From Roseateles sp. (GTDB taxonomy: Bacteria; Pseudomonadota; Gammaproteobacteria; Burkholderiales; Burkholderiaceae_C), in the NCBI GenBank assembly GCA_046294815.1, contig JBKBOJ010000001.1:17380-81379 (forward strand): 64,000 nt of DNA. Direction: 5' to 3'. Of this stretch, positions 9,969 through 21,200 are shown in pieces (the first letter of the stretch is position 1; each line of letters begins with the position of its first letter). Below the pieces are notes generated by a model. That model had not been told where the DNA came from, ran no database searches, and was given only the letters and a program-made list of their open reading frames with translations. The position numbers were made by a program, and so were the translations under genes.

Positions 9969-12947
9969 TCAGGTGCTGAGGGAGGGGGCGCCTGATGCTT
10001 TCCAGGCACTGAGGTACTCAAGGGCTGGTTCGAAATCGAGTTCAGCGACAGTGTGGCTCAGCCACTGCAGTTCCGCTTCGGGCAAGCCCCGCTCGCGCAG
10101 CCACGGAAGCAAGGCCGCCAAGGCCTCGCCAGCGGCGAGATCCTGCTGGCGCAGCAGCGTCAGCAAGTGGTCAAGCTGCTGGACTCCAGCTTCGGGTGCC
10201 GGCACGGTCAAGCGCGCCGTCAACGCGCCGCGGTCCGGCGCTTGACCCAATATCGGCGCCGCCGCACGGCGCAAGGCGGCCAGCGCCTCGGCCAGTGCAT
10301 CCAATTGCGGCCGGACTTCATCCGGCAAACCACCCTGACGAAGACGTGCTTCCGCCTCAGCGGCAAGTTGGGTGACGCGCGCCGCGCTCAGCAGGGACGC
10401 CGATCCTCTGAGCTTGTGCATCTCGGACTGAAGCTCTGCGGCGCTGCGTGCTCCAAGTCCTGCAAACCAGGCGGCATCGAAGGTGTTGAGCAAGCGCGCG
10501 ATCAAGCGGCCGAACAGGTCCAGATCGCCCCCCAGTCTGGGCAGCACCTCGGCGACATTCAGGCCGTCGATGATCGGGAGCCTCGCGAGTTGCGGCGATA
10601 CGGTCTCCGATGCCGCGGCCAGCGACGCCGTGCCGAGCGGCGGGCCCAGGTGGCGACTGATCGCCTGCACGACCTTGGCCGGGTCGACCGGTTTGGTGAG
10701 GAAATCGTCCATTCCTGCATCGAATGCCCGGCGGCGCTCCTCGGCCAGCGCACCTGCCGTCAGCGCCAGCACCGGCAGGCGTGCCATGCCTGGGATCTGC
10801 CGAATCCGCCGCGTGGCTTCCAGGCCATCGATGTCTGGCATCTGGATGTCCAAGAGCACGGCATCGAATCGCTCGGCCCGCTCCAGCCGCGCCAGCGCCG
10901 CGACCGCGCTGGTTTCGCAGACCACCTGGGCGCCCTCGCGCTCCAGCATGCGGCCGAGCACCTCCAAGTTGATCTCGCTGTCGTCCACCACCAGCAGATG
11001 CACGTCTTGAAGGCGCTTCCCGCCCGGGGCAGCGGCCGTTGGGTCGAGTGAAGCGGCCGCGCTTGAAGCGGCAACGTTGGTATCCGCCGCCTCCAGCGGC
11101 AACAAGACGCTGAACTCGGCACCTTCACCCGCTGCGCTGCGCAGACTGATGCGGCCACCCATCAGCTCGACCAGGCGCCGGGAGATGAACAGCCCCAGGC
11201 CGGTGCCCCCGAAGCGGCGGGTGGTCGAGGCGTCGGCTTGCGCGAAGGGCTGGAACAGCTTGTCCTGCGCCTGCACGGGGATGCCGATGCCGGTGTCGAG
11301 GACGGTCAGGCGCAGCTGATCCCCTTGCAGCCCAACGACCAAGCTCACCCCGCCCGACGTGGTGAACTTCAAGGCATTGCTGAGCAGGTTGCTGAGCACC
11401 TGGCGCAGGCGTGCTGCATCGCCGATCAACTGCGGCGGCAGCCCGTCGGGCAGCTGCAAGCTCCAGCGCAGGCCCTTGCGAGCGGCCTGGGTGGCGAACA
11501 CCGCCTCCAACTCGTGCAGCAGATCGCGCAGGTTGAAAGGGGCGCGCTCGATGTCCATCTCGCCGGCCTCGATCTTGGCGAGATCCAGCACATCGTCAAT
11601 GAGGTTCAGCAGTGCGCGCCCCGCGATCTGCAGCTTGCCCAGCAGCCGACTCTGATCCTCGTTCAAGGGGGTGTCAGCCAGCAAATGCGCGATGCCGATG
11701 ATGGCGTTCATCGGAGTTCGGATCTCGTGGCTCATATTGGCCAGGAACATGCTCTTGGCCTCACTGGCCGACTCGGCGGCGAGCTTGGCCTGGTGCAGGG
11801 TCTGCATCAGGCGATGCTGCTGCGTGACGTCCTGAAACGCCCCCAGCAGTCGCACGGGCTTGCCTTTCTCATGATCCACGGTGCCCATTGCCCGCACCAC
11901 CAGGGGGCTGCCATCGCGCCGCACAAAGGGGAGTTCCAGATCCCATTCGCTGCCGTCCTCCATGGCTCGGCGCACTGCCGCTTCGATCTGCTCGCGCGCG
12001 CCTTCAGGGTAGAAGTCGAGGGCTTCGTCGAGGCGCGGCTGGTAGCCCTCCGGCACGCCGTGTATTCGGCAGGTCTGATCCGTCCAGAACAGCGCCTGCG
12101 TTCTCAGGTCCAGCTCCCATCCGCCCACACCGGCCAAGTCATTGGTACGGCGCAGCAAAGCCTCGCTGCGGCGCACGGCGTCACGTTGCGCCACCGCCTC
12201 GGAGACGTCGACCAAGGTGCCGAAGATCCACTCCGGGCTGCCATCCGGCAGGTGGCTGATGACGCGGCCGCGCTCCTGGACCCAGACCCAATGCCCTTGG
12301 CGGTGCCGCATCCGGTGTTCGCTCAGGTACTCGGACTGTCCAAGGCCCAGCAGCGCCTCCAGTTTCTGCGCCACCGGCTGGAGGTCGTCGGGGTGCAGTT
12401 CGGCGCTGCGTCGGCTCATGTCGAGCGATTCGGTCTGGGCGATGGGCCAGCCCAGCATCGCCGCCCAGCGCTCGTTGACGCTCAGCGCGCCGGAGGGCAC
12501 ATGCCATTCCCAGGTGCCGGCGTCCGAACTCAGCAGCAGGTTCTGCAGGCGCTGCCTCGCCCGCAGCAACTCGGCCTCAAAGCGCTGGCGCTCGACGGCG
12601 CTGAACAGCGCCCAGTGGACTCGGGTGGTGGCGGGCGGCGCAGCACCGGGAAGGCACTTGGCGTTCAAGAGCACAGGTCGTGGTTCGCCGTCCGCGCCCT
12701 TGAGCCTCAAGTGGATTTCGTGAACTCGGCCCTGACGCAATAGCAGGGGCCAGACGTGGGTCTGCACAAAGATGCGCGAGGCCGGCGGCAACCAGTCGTC
12801 GAAATGCCCTTGCGCCTCGGAACCTGCGGGCAGGCCGAACTGCTCGCGCATTTCCGCGTTCAGCGACAGCACACGCCCCTGCCCATCCGTGACCAGCACG
12901 GCGCAAGGCAGCGAATCGAGGTCGGAGGCCAGGTGGTCCGCCTTCAA
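9969..12947 (-). CDS. Cytoplasmic hybrid histidine kinase: RsbP-type PAS, 2x PAS, HisKA, HATPase, REC, Hpt
   Basis: N-terminal PAS with [13 protein letters not shown]...PVLLNA...[10 protein letters not shown]; H-box [14 protein letters not shown]; [22 protein letters not shown]; REC LLDIQMP; Hpt HKLRGSA. TTG start overlaps the hydrolase stop. Confidence 0.9.
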   Translation of the reverse strand: MKADHLASDLDSLPCAVLVTDGQGRVLSLNAEMREQFGLPAGSEAQGHFDDWLPPASRIFVQTHVWPLLLRQGRVHEIHLRLKGADGEPRPVLLNAKCLPGAAPPATTRVHWALFSAVERQRFEAELLRARQRLQNLLLSSDAGTWEWHVPSGALSVNERWAAMLGWPIAQTESLDMSRRSAELHPDDLQPVAQKLEALLGLGQSEYLSEHRMRHRQGHWVWVQERGRVISHLPDGSPEWIFGTLVDVSEAVAQRDAVRRSEALLRRTNDLAGVGGWELDLRTQALFWTDQTCRIHGVPEGYQPRLDEALDFYPEGAREQIEAAVRRAMEDGSEWDLELPFVRRDGSPLVVRAMGTVDHEKGKPVRLLGAFQDVTQQHRLMQTLHQAKLAAESASEAKSMFLANMSHEIRTPMNAIIGIAHLLADTPLNEDQSRLLGKLQIAGRALLNLIDDVLDLAKIEAGEMDIERAPFNLRDLLHELEAVFATQAARKGLRWSLQLPDGLPPQLIGDAARLRQVLSNLLSNALKFTTSGGVSLVVGLQGDQLRLTVLDTGIGIPVQAQDKLFQPFAQADASTTRRFGGTGLGLFISRRLVELMGGRISLRSAAGEGAEFSVLLPLEAADTNVAASSAAASLDPTAAAPGGKRLQDVHLLVVDDSEINLEVLGRMLEREGAQVVCETSAVAALARLERAERFDAVLLDIQMPDIDGLEATRRIRQIPGMARLPVLALTAGALAEERRRAFDAGMDDFLTKPVDPAKVVQAISRHLGPPLGTASLAAASETVSPQLARLPIIDGLNVAEVLPRLGGDLDLFGRLIARLLNTFDAAWFAGLGARSAAELQSEMHKLRGSASLLSAARVTQLAAEAEARLRQGGLPDEVRPQLDALAEALAALRRAAAPILGQAPDRGALTARLTVPAPEAGVQQLDHLLTLLRQQDLAAGEALAALLPWLRERGLPEAELQWLSHTVAELDFEPALEYLSAWKASGAPSLST

Positions 12948-13759
12948 CGAGCGATGCTGGTCTCGGCCAGGTAGCGACGCATCGCATCGATGACCAGCTC
13001 AGGGTGGCTCATGTGCGCGCAATGGCCGGCGACATCCAGCAGTTCGTAGCGACTGCCGGCCAGTTCGCGGTGCAGGTACTCTCCGACTGCCTGAGGGGCC
13101 AGGGCGTCCCGAGCATGCTGCAAGATCAGGCTGGGACAGCGGACCTTGGGCAGATCGGCGCGGTTGTCGGCAAAAAATGTGGCGCGCGCGAACACCCGGG
13201 CGGTCTGCGGGTCGGTCGAGCAGAAGCTCTGCTCCAGCTCCGCCCTGGCAACGGCACCCTCTCCGCCGGCCACCACCGGCGCCAGGTAGCTGGCCCAGCC
13301 CAGGTAGTTCTGGTCCATCAACTGCAGCAGGCCCTCCAGATCGGCGGCTTCGAAGCCGCCCTGGTAGTCGGGCGGATGGTTCAGGAAGCAAGGCGAGGGC
13401 CCGATCAGGATCATGCGTTCGAACAGCTGGGGTCGCTGCAGATGGGCCAGCATGCCGATGCTGCAACTCACGGAGTGAGCGACCAGGGTGACACCCTGGC
13501 TCAAGCCCAGCGCGTCGCACACCTCGAGCAGGTCCTGCGCATAGCCTTCCAGCCGGCCGTAGCGCTGGGTGTCGAAGGGGACCGCGGCCGTGGCCGGCCC
13601 GCTGCCGGTGTAGTCCATCAGGATTTGCTGATGGCTGGCCTCGAACGCCGGCGTGATGCCGGCCCACATGCCTTGGTGGCAGCCAAAGCCGTGGGCGTAA
13701 AGCAGCACGGGACCTTGTTCGCCTATGCGCCGCACATGGTTTCTGTCGATGGGGTTCAA
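12944..13759 (-). CDS. rsbQ: RsbQ-family alpha/beta hydrolase (homologous to plant KAI2/D14)
   Basis: AHGFGC.Q.MW, nucleophile AHSVS, IGPSPCFLN...YQGGFE, FARATFFADNRADL, GHCAHMSHP. Likely TTG start at 13759 after SD AGGAGA; alternative start 13813. Confidence 0.88.
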   Translation of the reverse strand: MNPIDRNHVRRIGEQGPVLLYAHGFGCHQGMWAGITPAFEASHQQILMDYTGSGPATAAVPFDTQRYGRLEGYAQDLLEVCDALGLSQGVTLVAHSVSCSIGMLAHLQRPQLFERMILIGPSPCFLNHPPDYQGGFEAADLEGLLQLMDQNYLGWASYLAPVVAGGEGAVARAELEQSFCSTDPQTARVFARATFFADNRADLPKVRCPSLILQHARDALAPQAVGEYLHRELAGSRYELLDVAGHCAHMSHPELVIDAMRRYLAETSIAR

Positions 13760-13809
13760 GCTGTCATCTCCTGGGTTGTCGCCTACGGGCGTCGCGTTCT
13801 TGCATGGGC

Positions 13810-16800
13810 TCAAGAGGCTAGATTTTGGGACTCCAGCAGGCGCAGCGCTTGCTCGAATTCGAGTTCATCGACCCAGCGTTCGAGGCGTTCCACGTCCTGC
13901 ATGAGCATGCCACGCTCACAAAGCCAAGGGCGCAGCTGCTGCATGGCGCTTGCCGCCCCCAGGTCCTGGCTGCGCAGCAGATTCAGCAAGCTGGCATAGG
14001 CCTGCGCAGCGTTGGTCGGCGGCATCGACTGCTCATCCGCCATCGGCTCCACTGCCTGCACCAGCCACGCTTCGGCAGCGCGCTGCAATGCCGCCAGCGA
14101 CTGCGACAGCTCCTCGATCAATGCCGACACATCGGTCGGGGTCGCGCCATGGCGCAGGCGCTCCTCGGCCTCGGCAGCCAGGTGCTGTACGCGCTGGGCT
14201 CCCAGCAGCCCGGCCGAGCCGTGCAGCTTGTGCAGGCTGGCTGCCAAGCTCTTGGCGTCCATGGCCTCCAGGCTCTTCACCCAGTCGGCGTCATGGGCTT
14301 GCAGTAACCGCGCCAGCAAGCGTCGGAACAGCCCGGTGTCGCCACCCAGCCGATGCGTCGCGCCCGCGGCATCGATGCCGTCCAGCTGCGGCCAGGCCTG
14401 CGGCCCTGCGGTCACCGTCTGGCGGCCTTGGACCGGCAAGGGCGCACCGCGCCGGGTCTCGATGTGCCGGCGCAGCGTGCGCACCAAGGCTTCGGGGTCC
14501 AGCGGCTTGGTCAGGAAGTCGTCCATGCCGGCGTCCAAGGCACGCCGCCGTTCCTCGCCCAGAGCGCCCGCGGTCAGGGCGATCACGGGCAAGCTGCGCT
14601 GCTGCAAGCGGTCGCGCAGCTGGCGTGTCGCATCCAGGCCATCGAGCTCCGGCATCTGCACGTCCATCAACACGGCATCGAACGGCTGGCCTGCCTGGAG
14701 GCGGGCCAGCGCGGGACGGGCGCGTGCTTCGCAGACCACCTCGGCACCCTCACGCTCCAGCATGCGCCGCGCGACTTCGAGGTTGATGTCACTGTCGTCC
14801 ACCACCAGCAGCCGCACGCCCTGCAGCAGCCTGCCGCTCAGCGGATCCATGGCGCTGGCGTCGAGCAGGTGCGCGGCGCGGCCCTGCCGGCGTGCCACGG
14901 CCTCGTTGACAGCATTGAACAGCGTCGACGGGGCGACTGGTTTGAGCAGCACCGCATCGACGAGGCCGTCGCTGTTTTGGCCGTGCAGGCGGGCTTGCTG
15001 GTGCTGGGTCACCAGCAGGGCCGCCGGCATCCGGTCCGCCGATATCGATGCCCGGACCTTGCGCAGCGCGGCCAGGCCGTCAAGGCCGTCACCCAACTGC
15101 CAATCCACCAACAGCATGTCGGGCAGCTTCCCGGTCGCGTGGGCGGGCGCCTGCAGGCGCGCGATGAATTCCGCCGCGTCGGGCAGGCACTCCACTGCCC
15201 AGCCAAAGGCCTGGCACTGCGCCTGGAGCTGCTCGCGCTGGGCGGGATCGTCCTCGACGAGCAACACGCTGAAGCGTTGATGGGTGGCGCTTCCCGGTGG
15301 ATCGGCTTGCGCCTCACGGCAGGGCAGCTCGACCACAAACTGGCTGCCGCGGCCCGCCTCGCTGCGCAGATGGATCTCCCCCTCCATCAGCTCGACCAGC
15401 CGCTTGACGATCGACAGCCCAAGGCCGGTACCGCCAAAGCGACGGGTGGTCGACAACTCGGCCTGAATGAATGGCTGGAACAGCTGCGGCTGCAGGTCTG
15501 CGGCAATGCCGATGCCGCTGTCGGTGACCGTAAAGCGCAAACGATCCTCCTGCGCCCTGCCCGAGGAGACGCGCTCCACGCGCAAGGCGACGGCGCCTGC
15601 CGCGGTGAACTTGATGGCATTGCTGAGCAGATTGCTCAGCACCTGGCCCAGGCGCTGTGGATCCCCGAGCAGCCGGGCGGGCAACTGCTCAGCCCCATGC
15701 ACTGACCAAGCGAGCTGCTTGGCGCGCGCCTGATCGCCAAACAGGCTGTCAAGCTCCTGAAGCAGTTGGCGGGGGGCGAAGGCCACGGTGTCGACGCGCA
15801 ACTCGCCGGCCTCGATCTTGGCGAGATCCAGCACATCGTTGATGACACCCAGCAAGGACCGACCGGCAATCTGCAGCTTGCCCAGCAGCAGGCGCTGGTC
15901 CTCGTTCAATGGCGAATCGGCCAGCAGATGCGCCACGCCGATCACGGCGTTCATCGGCGTGCGGATCTCGTGGCTCATATTGGCCAGGAACATGCTCTTG
16001 GCCTGACTGGCCGACTCGGCCTGTATGCGTGCCGCCTGCAGCTGGGCCATCAGGCGGTTCGCGTCGGTGACGTCCTGCATCACCACCAGGGCGCGGGCGT
16101 GCGGGTCGTCGCGCCCGGCCTCCCAGACTGCCGCCACCAACACCTCGTGCAGCGCGCCATCGCGCCGCATCAGCGTGAGCTGACAAGGAGGCGGCTGCGT
16201 CGCGTTGTCTGCCGACGGGTGCAACAGCGCGTCAAACGCGGCGCGGGACGGCTCATCCATCAGCGGGTCCAGGCGCTGGCCAAGCACCTCATGGGCGTCG
16301 CGCTGCATCCAACTGAGCCAGGCATCGTTCACCGCCACCACGGTGCCGTCCGCGGCCAGCGACAGCAAGGGTGCCGGCGTCCGCTGGTAAAGGCTGCGGG
16401 CACGCGCTTCGCGCTCCGCCAGCCGGCGCGTCACATCGGCGGCACCCTCGCGGGCGGCGCTCAGCAGCAGGGGCACCGCCAAGGCCAGGGCCAGCGGCAG
16501 ATACACCAGAGTCTCGTCCTGCCAACCGGCGGCGGGGGGCACCATGAGCAGACCGGATGCCAGCGCGTAGCCAAAACATACGGAGCTCAAGGCGGCCGCC
16601 ACGAAAGCCGCGGCTTGCCCGCTGAGCCACAAGGCCAGGGCAATGCCGGCGGTGACATAAACCAGAGGAAACGGCAGGAAAGTGAGGGCGGTCGCGCTGG
16701 CCAGCAGACTGAGCGTCAACGCGAGGGCGAACTCGATGCCGCGAGCGCGCGGGACGAGTGCGCGCCAGCCCCGGGTGGCCACCAGCAAGGCCAGCGGGGC

Positions 16801-17319
16801 CACGGCGACTGCGCCCGTCATCGCGCTGGTGACCCACCCCGCCAAGGCCGTGACAAAGGGGGCGCCAAAGCTGACGGAGATGACCCAGGCGCCGACCAGC
16901 GCGGCCGCCAGCGGGCCCAGCAATCCCGGCAACGCGATGAAGCGCAGCAGCAGCCCGGGGTCGCGTAAAGCCTGTTGCGGGTGAACCCAGCGCTGCGCCA
17001 GCCAGCTCGACAGCGCGATTTCGATGACATTGGCCAGAGCGAGCCCCAGGCTAGGCCACCATGCGATGTCAAACGCCATGTGCGCCGTGACGCAGGCGGT
17101 GCCGATGCCCAGCAGCAACGGCGCCCAGGCCCGTGCAGGTTGTCGCGCCAGGATCGGCACCATGGCGGCGTTGGCGAACCAGATCATGGCGATGCTGCCC
17201 GGCTGCTTGGACAACCAGATCGCCAGGCTGGCCAAGAGCAGGTAGGCGATTGCCGCCGCGGCGACCTCTGGCCCCAAGCTGGGGCGCGGCAGGGCCAGCC
17301 AGGCCTTGCGCTCAATCAT
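13810..17319 (-). CDS. Membrane hybrid histidine kinase: MASE1, PAS, HisKA, HATPase, REC, REC, Hpt
   Basis: Multi-TM N-terminus with IWFANA and ANVIE (MASE1-like), [17 protein letters not shown], two REC domains, Hpt HKLHGSA; likely start ATG 17319 (MIERK). Confidence 0.88.
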   Translation of the reverse strand: MIERKAWLALPRPSLGPEVAAAAIAYLLLASLAIWLSKQPGSIAMIWFANAAMVPILARQPARAWAPLLLGIGTACVTAHMAFDIAWWPSLGLALANVIEIALSSWLAQRWVHPQQALRDPGLLLRFIALPGLLGPLAAALVGAWVISVSFGAPFVTALAGWVTSAMTGAVAVAPLALLVATRGWRALVPRARGIEFALALTLSLLASATALTFLPFPLVYVTAGIALALWLSGQAAAFVAAALSSVCFGYALASGLLMVPPAAGWQDETLVYLPLALALAVPLLLSAAREGAADVTRRLAEREARARSLYQRTPAPLLSLAADGTVVAVNDAWLSWMQRDAHEVLGQRLDPLMDEPSRAAFDALLHPSADNATQPPPCQLTLMRRDGALHEVLVAAVWEAGRDDPHARALVVMQDVTDANRLMAQLQAARIQAESASQAKSMFLANMSHEIRTPMNAVIGVAHLLADSPLNEDQRLLLGKLQIAGRSLLGVINDVLDLAKIEAGELRVDTVAFAPRQLLQELDSLFGDQARAKQLAWSVHGAEQLPARLLGDPQRLGQVLSNLLSNAIKFTAAGAVALRVERVSSGRAQEDRLRFTVTDSGIGIAADLQPQLFQPFIQAELSTTRRFGGTGLGLSIVKRLVELMEGEIHLRSEAGRGSQFVVELPCREAQADPPGSATHQRFSVLLVEDDPAQREQLQAQCQAFGWAVECLPDAAEFIARLQAPAHATGKLPDMLLVDWQLGDGLDGLAALRKVRASISADRMPAALLVTQHQQARLHGQNSDGLVDAVLLKPVAPSTLFNAVNEAVARRQGRAAHLLDASAMDPLSGRLLQGVRLLVVDDSDINLEVARRMLEREGAEVVCEARARPALARLQAGQPFDAVLMDVQMPELDGLDATRQLRDRLQQRSLPVIALTAGALGEERRRALDAGMDDFLTKPLDPEALVRTLRRHIETRRGAPLPVQGRQTVTAGPQAWPQLDGIDAAGATHRLGGDTGLFRRLLARLLQAHDADWVKSLEAMDAKSLAASLHKLHGSAGLLGAQRVQHLAAEAEERLRHGATPTDVSALIEELSQSLAALQRAAEAWLVQAVEPMADEQSMPPTNAAQAYASLLNLLRSQDLGAASAMQQLRPWLCERGMLMQDVERLERWVDELEFEQALRLLESQNLAS

Positions 17320-18238
17320 GCGTGGCCTGTGCGGCGCGGCGCCGCTTGAGCAACAGCACCGCCCCCAGTAGGGCCGCCAGCAGTGCCAGTGCGCCGATGG
17401 CATGTTGGAGCCCGCTGAGCTGAGGCGGACGGTACGACAGCGCGTCCGGGGCCATCCAGCGTCGCACGATGCGGTCGCGCTCGGCACGCGGCAAATCGCG
17501 CAGGCCTTTCGCCAGCGCATCGCCCAGGTCGGCCCGCTGGATCGGGTAGGCGAAGCTCAGGGCGTACTGGAAGCCCACGGCCTCGTGGATCTCGATCCCG
17601 CTCAGGCGCTCGCGTCGCTGGATGAAGGCGACGCTGGCCGCATCGGTCACCACCCCGTCGAGCTGCCCCGCCGCCAAGGCGCGCAGCGCCACGGCGTCGT
17701 TGGCTTGCGCCTGCCATTGCACCTCGGGGTAGCGCTGGCGGACGAAGGCTTCCACCGCGTAGGCCTTGCCCACGCCGACGCGCCGTTGCCGAAAGTCAGC
17801 GAGCCCCTGACGACGCGCTTCGCCCTTGCGCAACACCAGCACCGCCGGCACTTCGACATAAGGCGCGCTGAATCCAAGCAAGCGGCTGCGCTCCGGGGTC
17901 GGTCGGAGCGAGGACACCAGATCCACCTCGCCGGCCTTCACGCCCTCCAGGATGTCGGCGAGGTCGCGCGGCGGCAGGGTCTGAATTTGCAGGCCCGCCC
18001 GTGGGGCAATCGCGGCGAGCAGGTCCACCGACAGGCCGTGGATCTGGCCATCGGCCTCCGCGTAGACGAAGGGACCGTAATCGCGCTCGGGCGCAAAGCG
18101 CACGGGGATCGAGGCGGCCAGTGCTGTCGTCGCTTGCGCCACTGCCACAGCGGCCAAGGCCAGGGCAAGGCCAACAGGGACGGTCAGCCTGCGCGCGCGA
18201 GGGGCGAGTCGTCGAAGGCGCTTGGGCGAGGGATTCAT
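17312..18238 (-). CDS. Family-3 (amino-acid type) solute-binding protein with C-terminal membrane anchor
   Basis: Signal peptide; DYGPFVY...GLSVDLL, GEVDLV, TPERS...FSAPY; C-terminal TM AIGALALLAALLGAVLLL-KRRR; SD GGAGG before ATG 18238. Confidence 0.85.
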   Translation of the reverse strand: MNPSPKRLRRLAPRARRLTVPVGLALALAAVAVAQATTALAASIPVRFAPERDYGPFVYAEADGQIHGLSVDLLAAIAPRAGLQIQTLPPRDLADILEGVKAGEVDLVSSLRPTPERSRLLGFSAPYVEVPAVLVLRKGEARRQGLADFRQRRVGVGKAYAVEAFVRQRYPEVQWQAQANDAVALRALAAGQLDGVVTDAASVAFIQRRERLSGIEIHEAVGFQYALSFAYPIQRADLGDALAKGLRDLPRAERDRIVRRWMAPDALSYRPPQLSGLQHAIGALALLAALLGAVLLLKRRRAAQATHD

Positions 18239-18249
18239 TGGGCCTCCAA

Positions 18250-21200
18250 TCAGTCGCCCGCCTTGCCGTGCAAGGCCTTCCAAGCCTGCAGTTCCGCCAG
18301 CGCAGTTGGGAAATCCAGGTCATCGATCAGGCGCTGCAATTGTTGGCACAACGCCTCTTGCATACCTTGCCGCAACAACCAGGGTTTCAGGGCCCCGAAC
18401 GCCGCTGCGGCTTCCATGTCTTGTTTTGCGAGCAAGTCTTCCAGTCGAGCCAGCTCGGTCATGCCGTCCTGCAGCACCTCGCTGCTCGCCGTCTCGGCAG
18501 GCCGGGGCGCTGCCTCGCGGCTGGACCGACTTGCCGTGGCCAGTTGATCCAGGGCCTGCTGCAGGCTGGCGAATAGGGCACCCAGCGAGGCCGGGCTCGC
18601 GCCCCCCCCGCAGCGCCTCCTCGCCCTCCTCGGCCAGCTCCTGGACACGCAGCGCGCCCAGCAAGCCGGCCGAGCCGCGCAGCCGGTGCAGTTCAGCCGC
18701 CACCTCGTCGTTGCTTTTGGACTCCAGGCGCGTCACCCAGGCGCTGTCATGCAGTTCCAGGAGGCGGGCCAGCAGGCGGCGGAACAGCCCGGCGTCGCCG
18801 CCCAAGCGGTGTGCGGTGGCAGTCGCGTCGATGCCGTCGATCAGCGGCCAATCGGCGGGCAGCGTGTTCACCAGATTGCTGCCGCGTACCGGCAGGGGCG
18901 CGCCGCGCCGGGTCTCGATGTGCCGGCGCAACGTGCGCACCAAGGCTTCGGGGTCCAGCGGCTTGGTCAGGAAGTCGTCCATGCCGGCGTCCAACGCGCG
19001 GCGCCGTTCTTCCACCAATGCCCCGGCGGTCAGCGCGATCACCGGCAGCTCGCGCAGCTGCAACTGCTCGCGGATCTGCCGGGTGGCCTCCAGGCCATCC
19101 ATGCCCGGCATCTGGATGTCCATCAGCACGGCGTCGAAGCGCTCACCGCTGCCCAGTCGCGCCAAGGCCGCCTCGGCATGGTTGTCACAGTGCACCACCG
19201 CGCCTTGCCGCTCCAGCATGCGGCGCGCCACTTCCAGGTTGGTCTCGCTGTCGTCCACCACCAGCAGGCGCACATCGGGCAGCAGACCACCGTCCAGGCG
19301 CTGCATCACCGCGGCATCCAGCAGGTGCTCGCTGCCGCCCTTGCGCTTGGCAATCGCCTCGTTGACGGCGTTGAACAGGGTGGACGGGTTGGCCGGTTTG
19401 GCCAGCACGGCATCGACCACGCTGTCGATGTCCTCGGTTTGCAGCGCGCGCCGCTGGTCATGAGTGATCAGCAGCGCCGCCGGCACGCGACCGGTGGGCA
19501 AGACTTCGCGCAGCCGGCGCATGGCGCTGATGCCGTCGAGGCCGTCGCCCAGGTGCCAGTCCACCAGCAGCACATCGGGCAGCGTTTGTCCGACTTGCTG
19601 GCGCTGCTGCAGCATTGGCAGCAAAGCGTCGGCCGTGTCCAGGCTGCGGGCTTGCCAACCAAAGCTGGCGCATAGGGCGACCAACCGCTCGCGTTGCACC
19701 GCCTCGTCGTCGACGATGACGGCCTCCAGTCGATGCGGCTTGGTGACGTTGGCCGGCGCGCCGGTCAGCAGGGGCAAGGTCACCGTGAACAGGCTGCCCT
19801 GTCCCGGCTGGCTCTCCACGGCCACCGTGCCCCCCATCAGGCCGACCAAGTGCTTGACGATGGACAGGCCCAGACCCGTGCCGCCGAACTGGCGGGTGGT
19901 CGATGCCTCGCCCTGCACGAAGGGCTGAAACAGCTGCGCCTGGGTTTGCGGCGCGATGCCGATGCCGCTGTCCCTGACCTGGAAGCGAAGGCCCGGGCGC
20001 TGTGCATCGAGTTCGACGCGTTCGACGCGCAGACTGACTTCCCCCTGCGCGGTGAACTTGATGGCGTTGCTGAGCAGATTGCTCAGCACCTGGTGCAGTC
20101 GCTGCGGGTCGCCCATCAGCACCTCGGGAACATCGGCGGCGCTCGACAGCGTCCAGACCAGACCCTTGGCGCGCGCCTGGTCGGCAAACATCGCGTCCAG
20201 CTCTCGCAGCAGCGTTGGGAGTTGGTAGGGCTTCTGCTCCACCGCCAGCTCACCGGCCTCGATCTTGCTGAGATCCAGCACATCGTTGATGACGCCCAGC
20301 AGCGAGCGCCCCGCGACCTGCAGCTTGCGCAGCAACTGACGCTGGTCCTCGTTCAGCGGCGAGTCGGCCAGCAGGTGGGCGATGCCGATCACCGCGTTCA
20401 TCGGCGTGCGGATCTCGTGACTCATATTGGCCAGGAACATGCCCTTGGCGGCACTGGCCTGCTCGGCCGCCACCTTGGCATGCCGCAGCGCGCGCTTGGC
20501 GGCCAGGCGCGCCGAGATGTCCTGGGCAATGCCGAGGTAGCCGACGACATCGCCCCCCTCGTTGCGCAACACGGTCACCGTCAGCGACACCGGCACGTGA
20601 CTGCCGTCTTTGCGCACATAGGTCCATTCGCGCTGCTCGCTGCCGTCGCGCTCCGCCTTGTGGACAAAGACGCGGAAGCCCTGCACCTCCTGACCTTCGC
20701 TGGCGCTCAGTTCGGCGCCGCGTTGCAGGATTTCGCTGGCCAGGTGGATCACCGCGGGGCTTTGGCGCCCGACCATTTCGTCGGCGCGGTAGCCCAGCAG
20801 CCGCTCTGCGCCGGCGTTGAAGACCGTGATCAGCCCGTCGGGATCGGTGGCAATGATGGAGAAGTCGGTCGCCGCCTGCAGCACGCCGCGCAGCAGGTTG
20901 GCAAAGCGCTCACCCTCCTCGCGCGCCGCTCGAATCTCGGTCATGTCGATCAAGGTGCCAGTGATCCACTCCGCGCGGCCGTCCGGCGTTCGGCTCATCA
21001 CCCGCCCGGTGGAGAGGGTCCAGACCCAGCGCTGTTCCCGGTGACGCAGCCGGCCTTCGCAAACGTATTGGCGGCTCTCGCCTCTGAGGTGCGCGATGAG
21101 CAACTGGTGGGTGTGGGCCAGGTCCTCGGGGTGGATCAGCCCGATCCAGGCCTGCGGCGTCATCGGCGGCAGGGTATCGAGGGTGTAGCCCAGGATCTCG

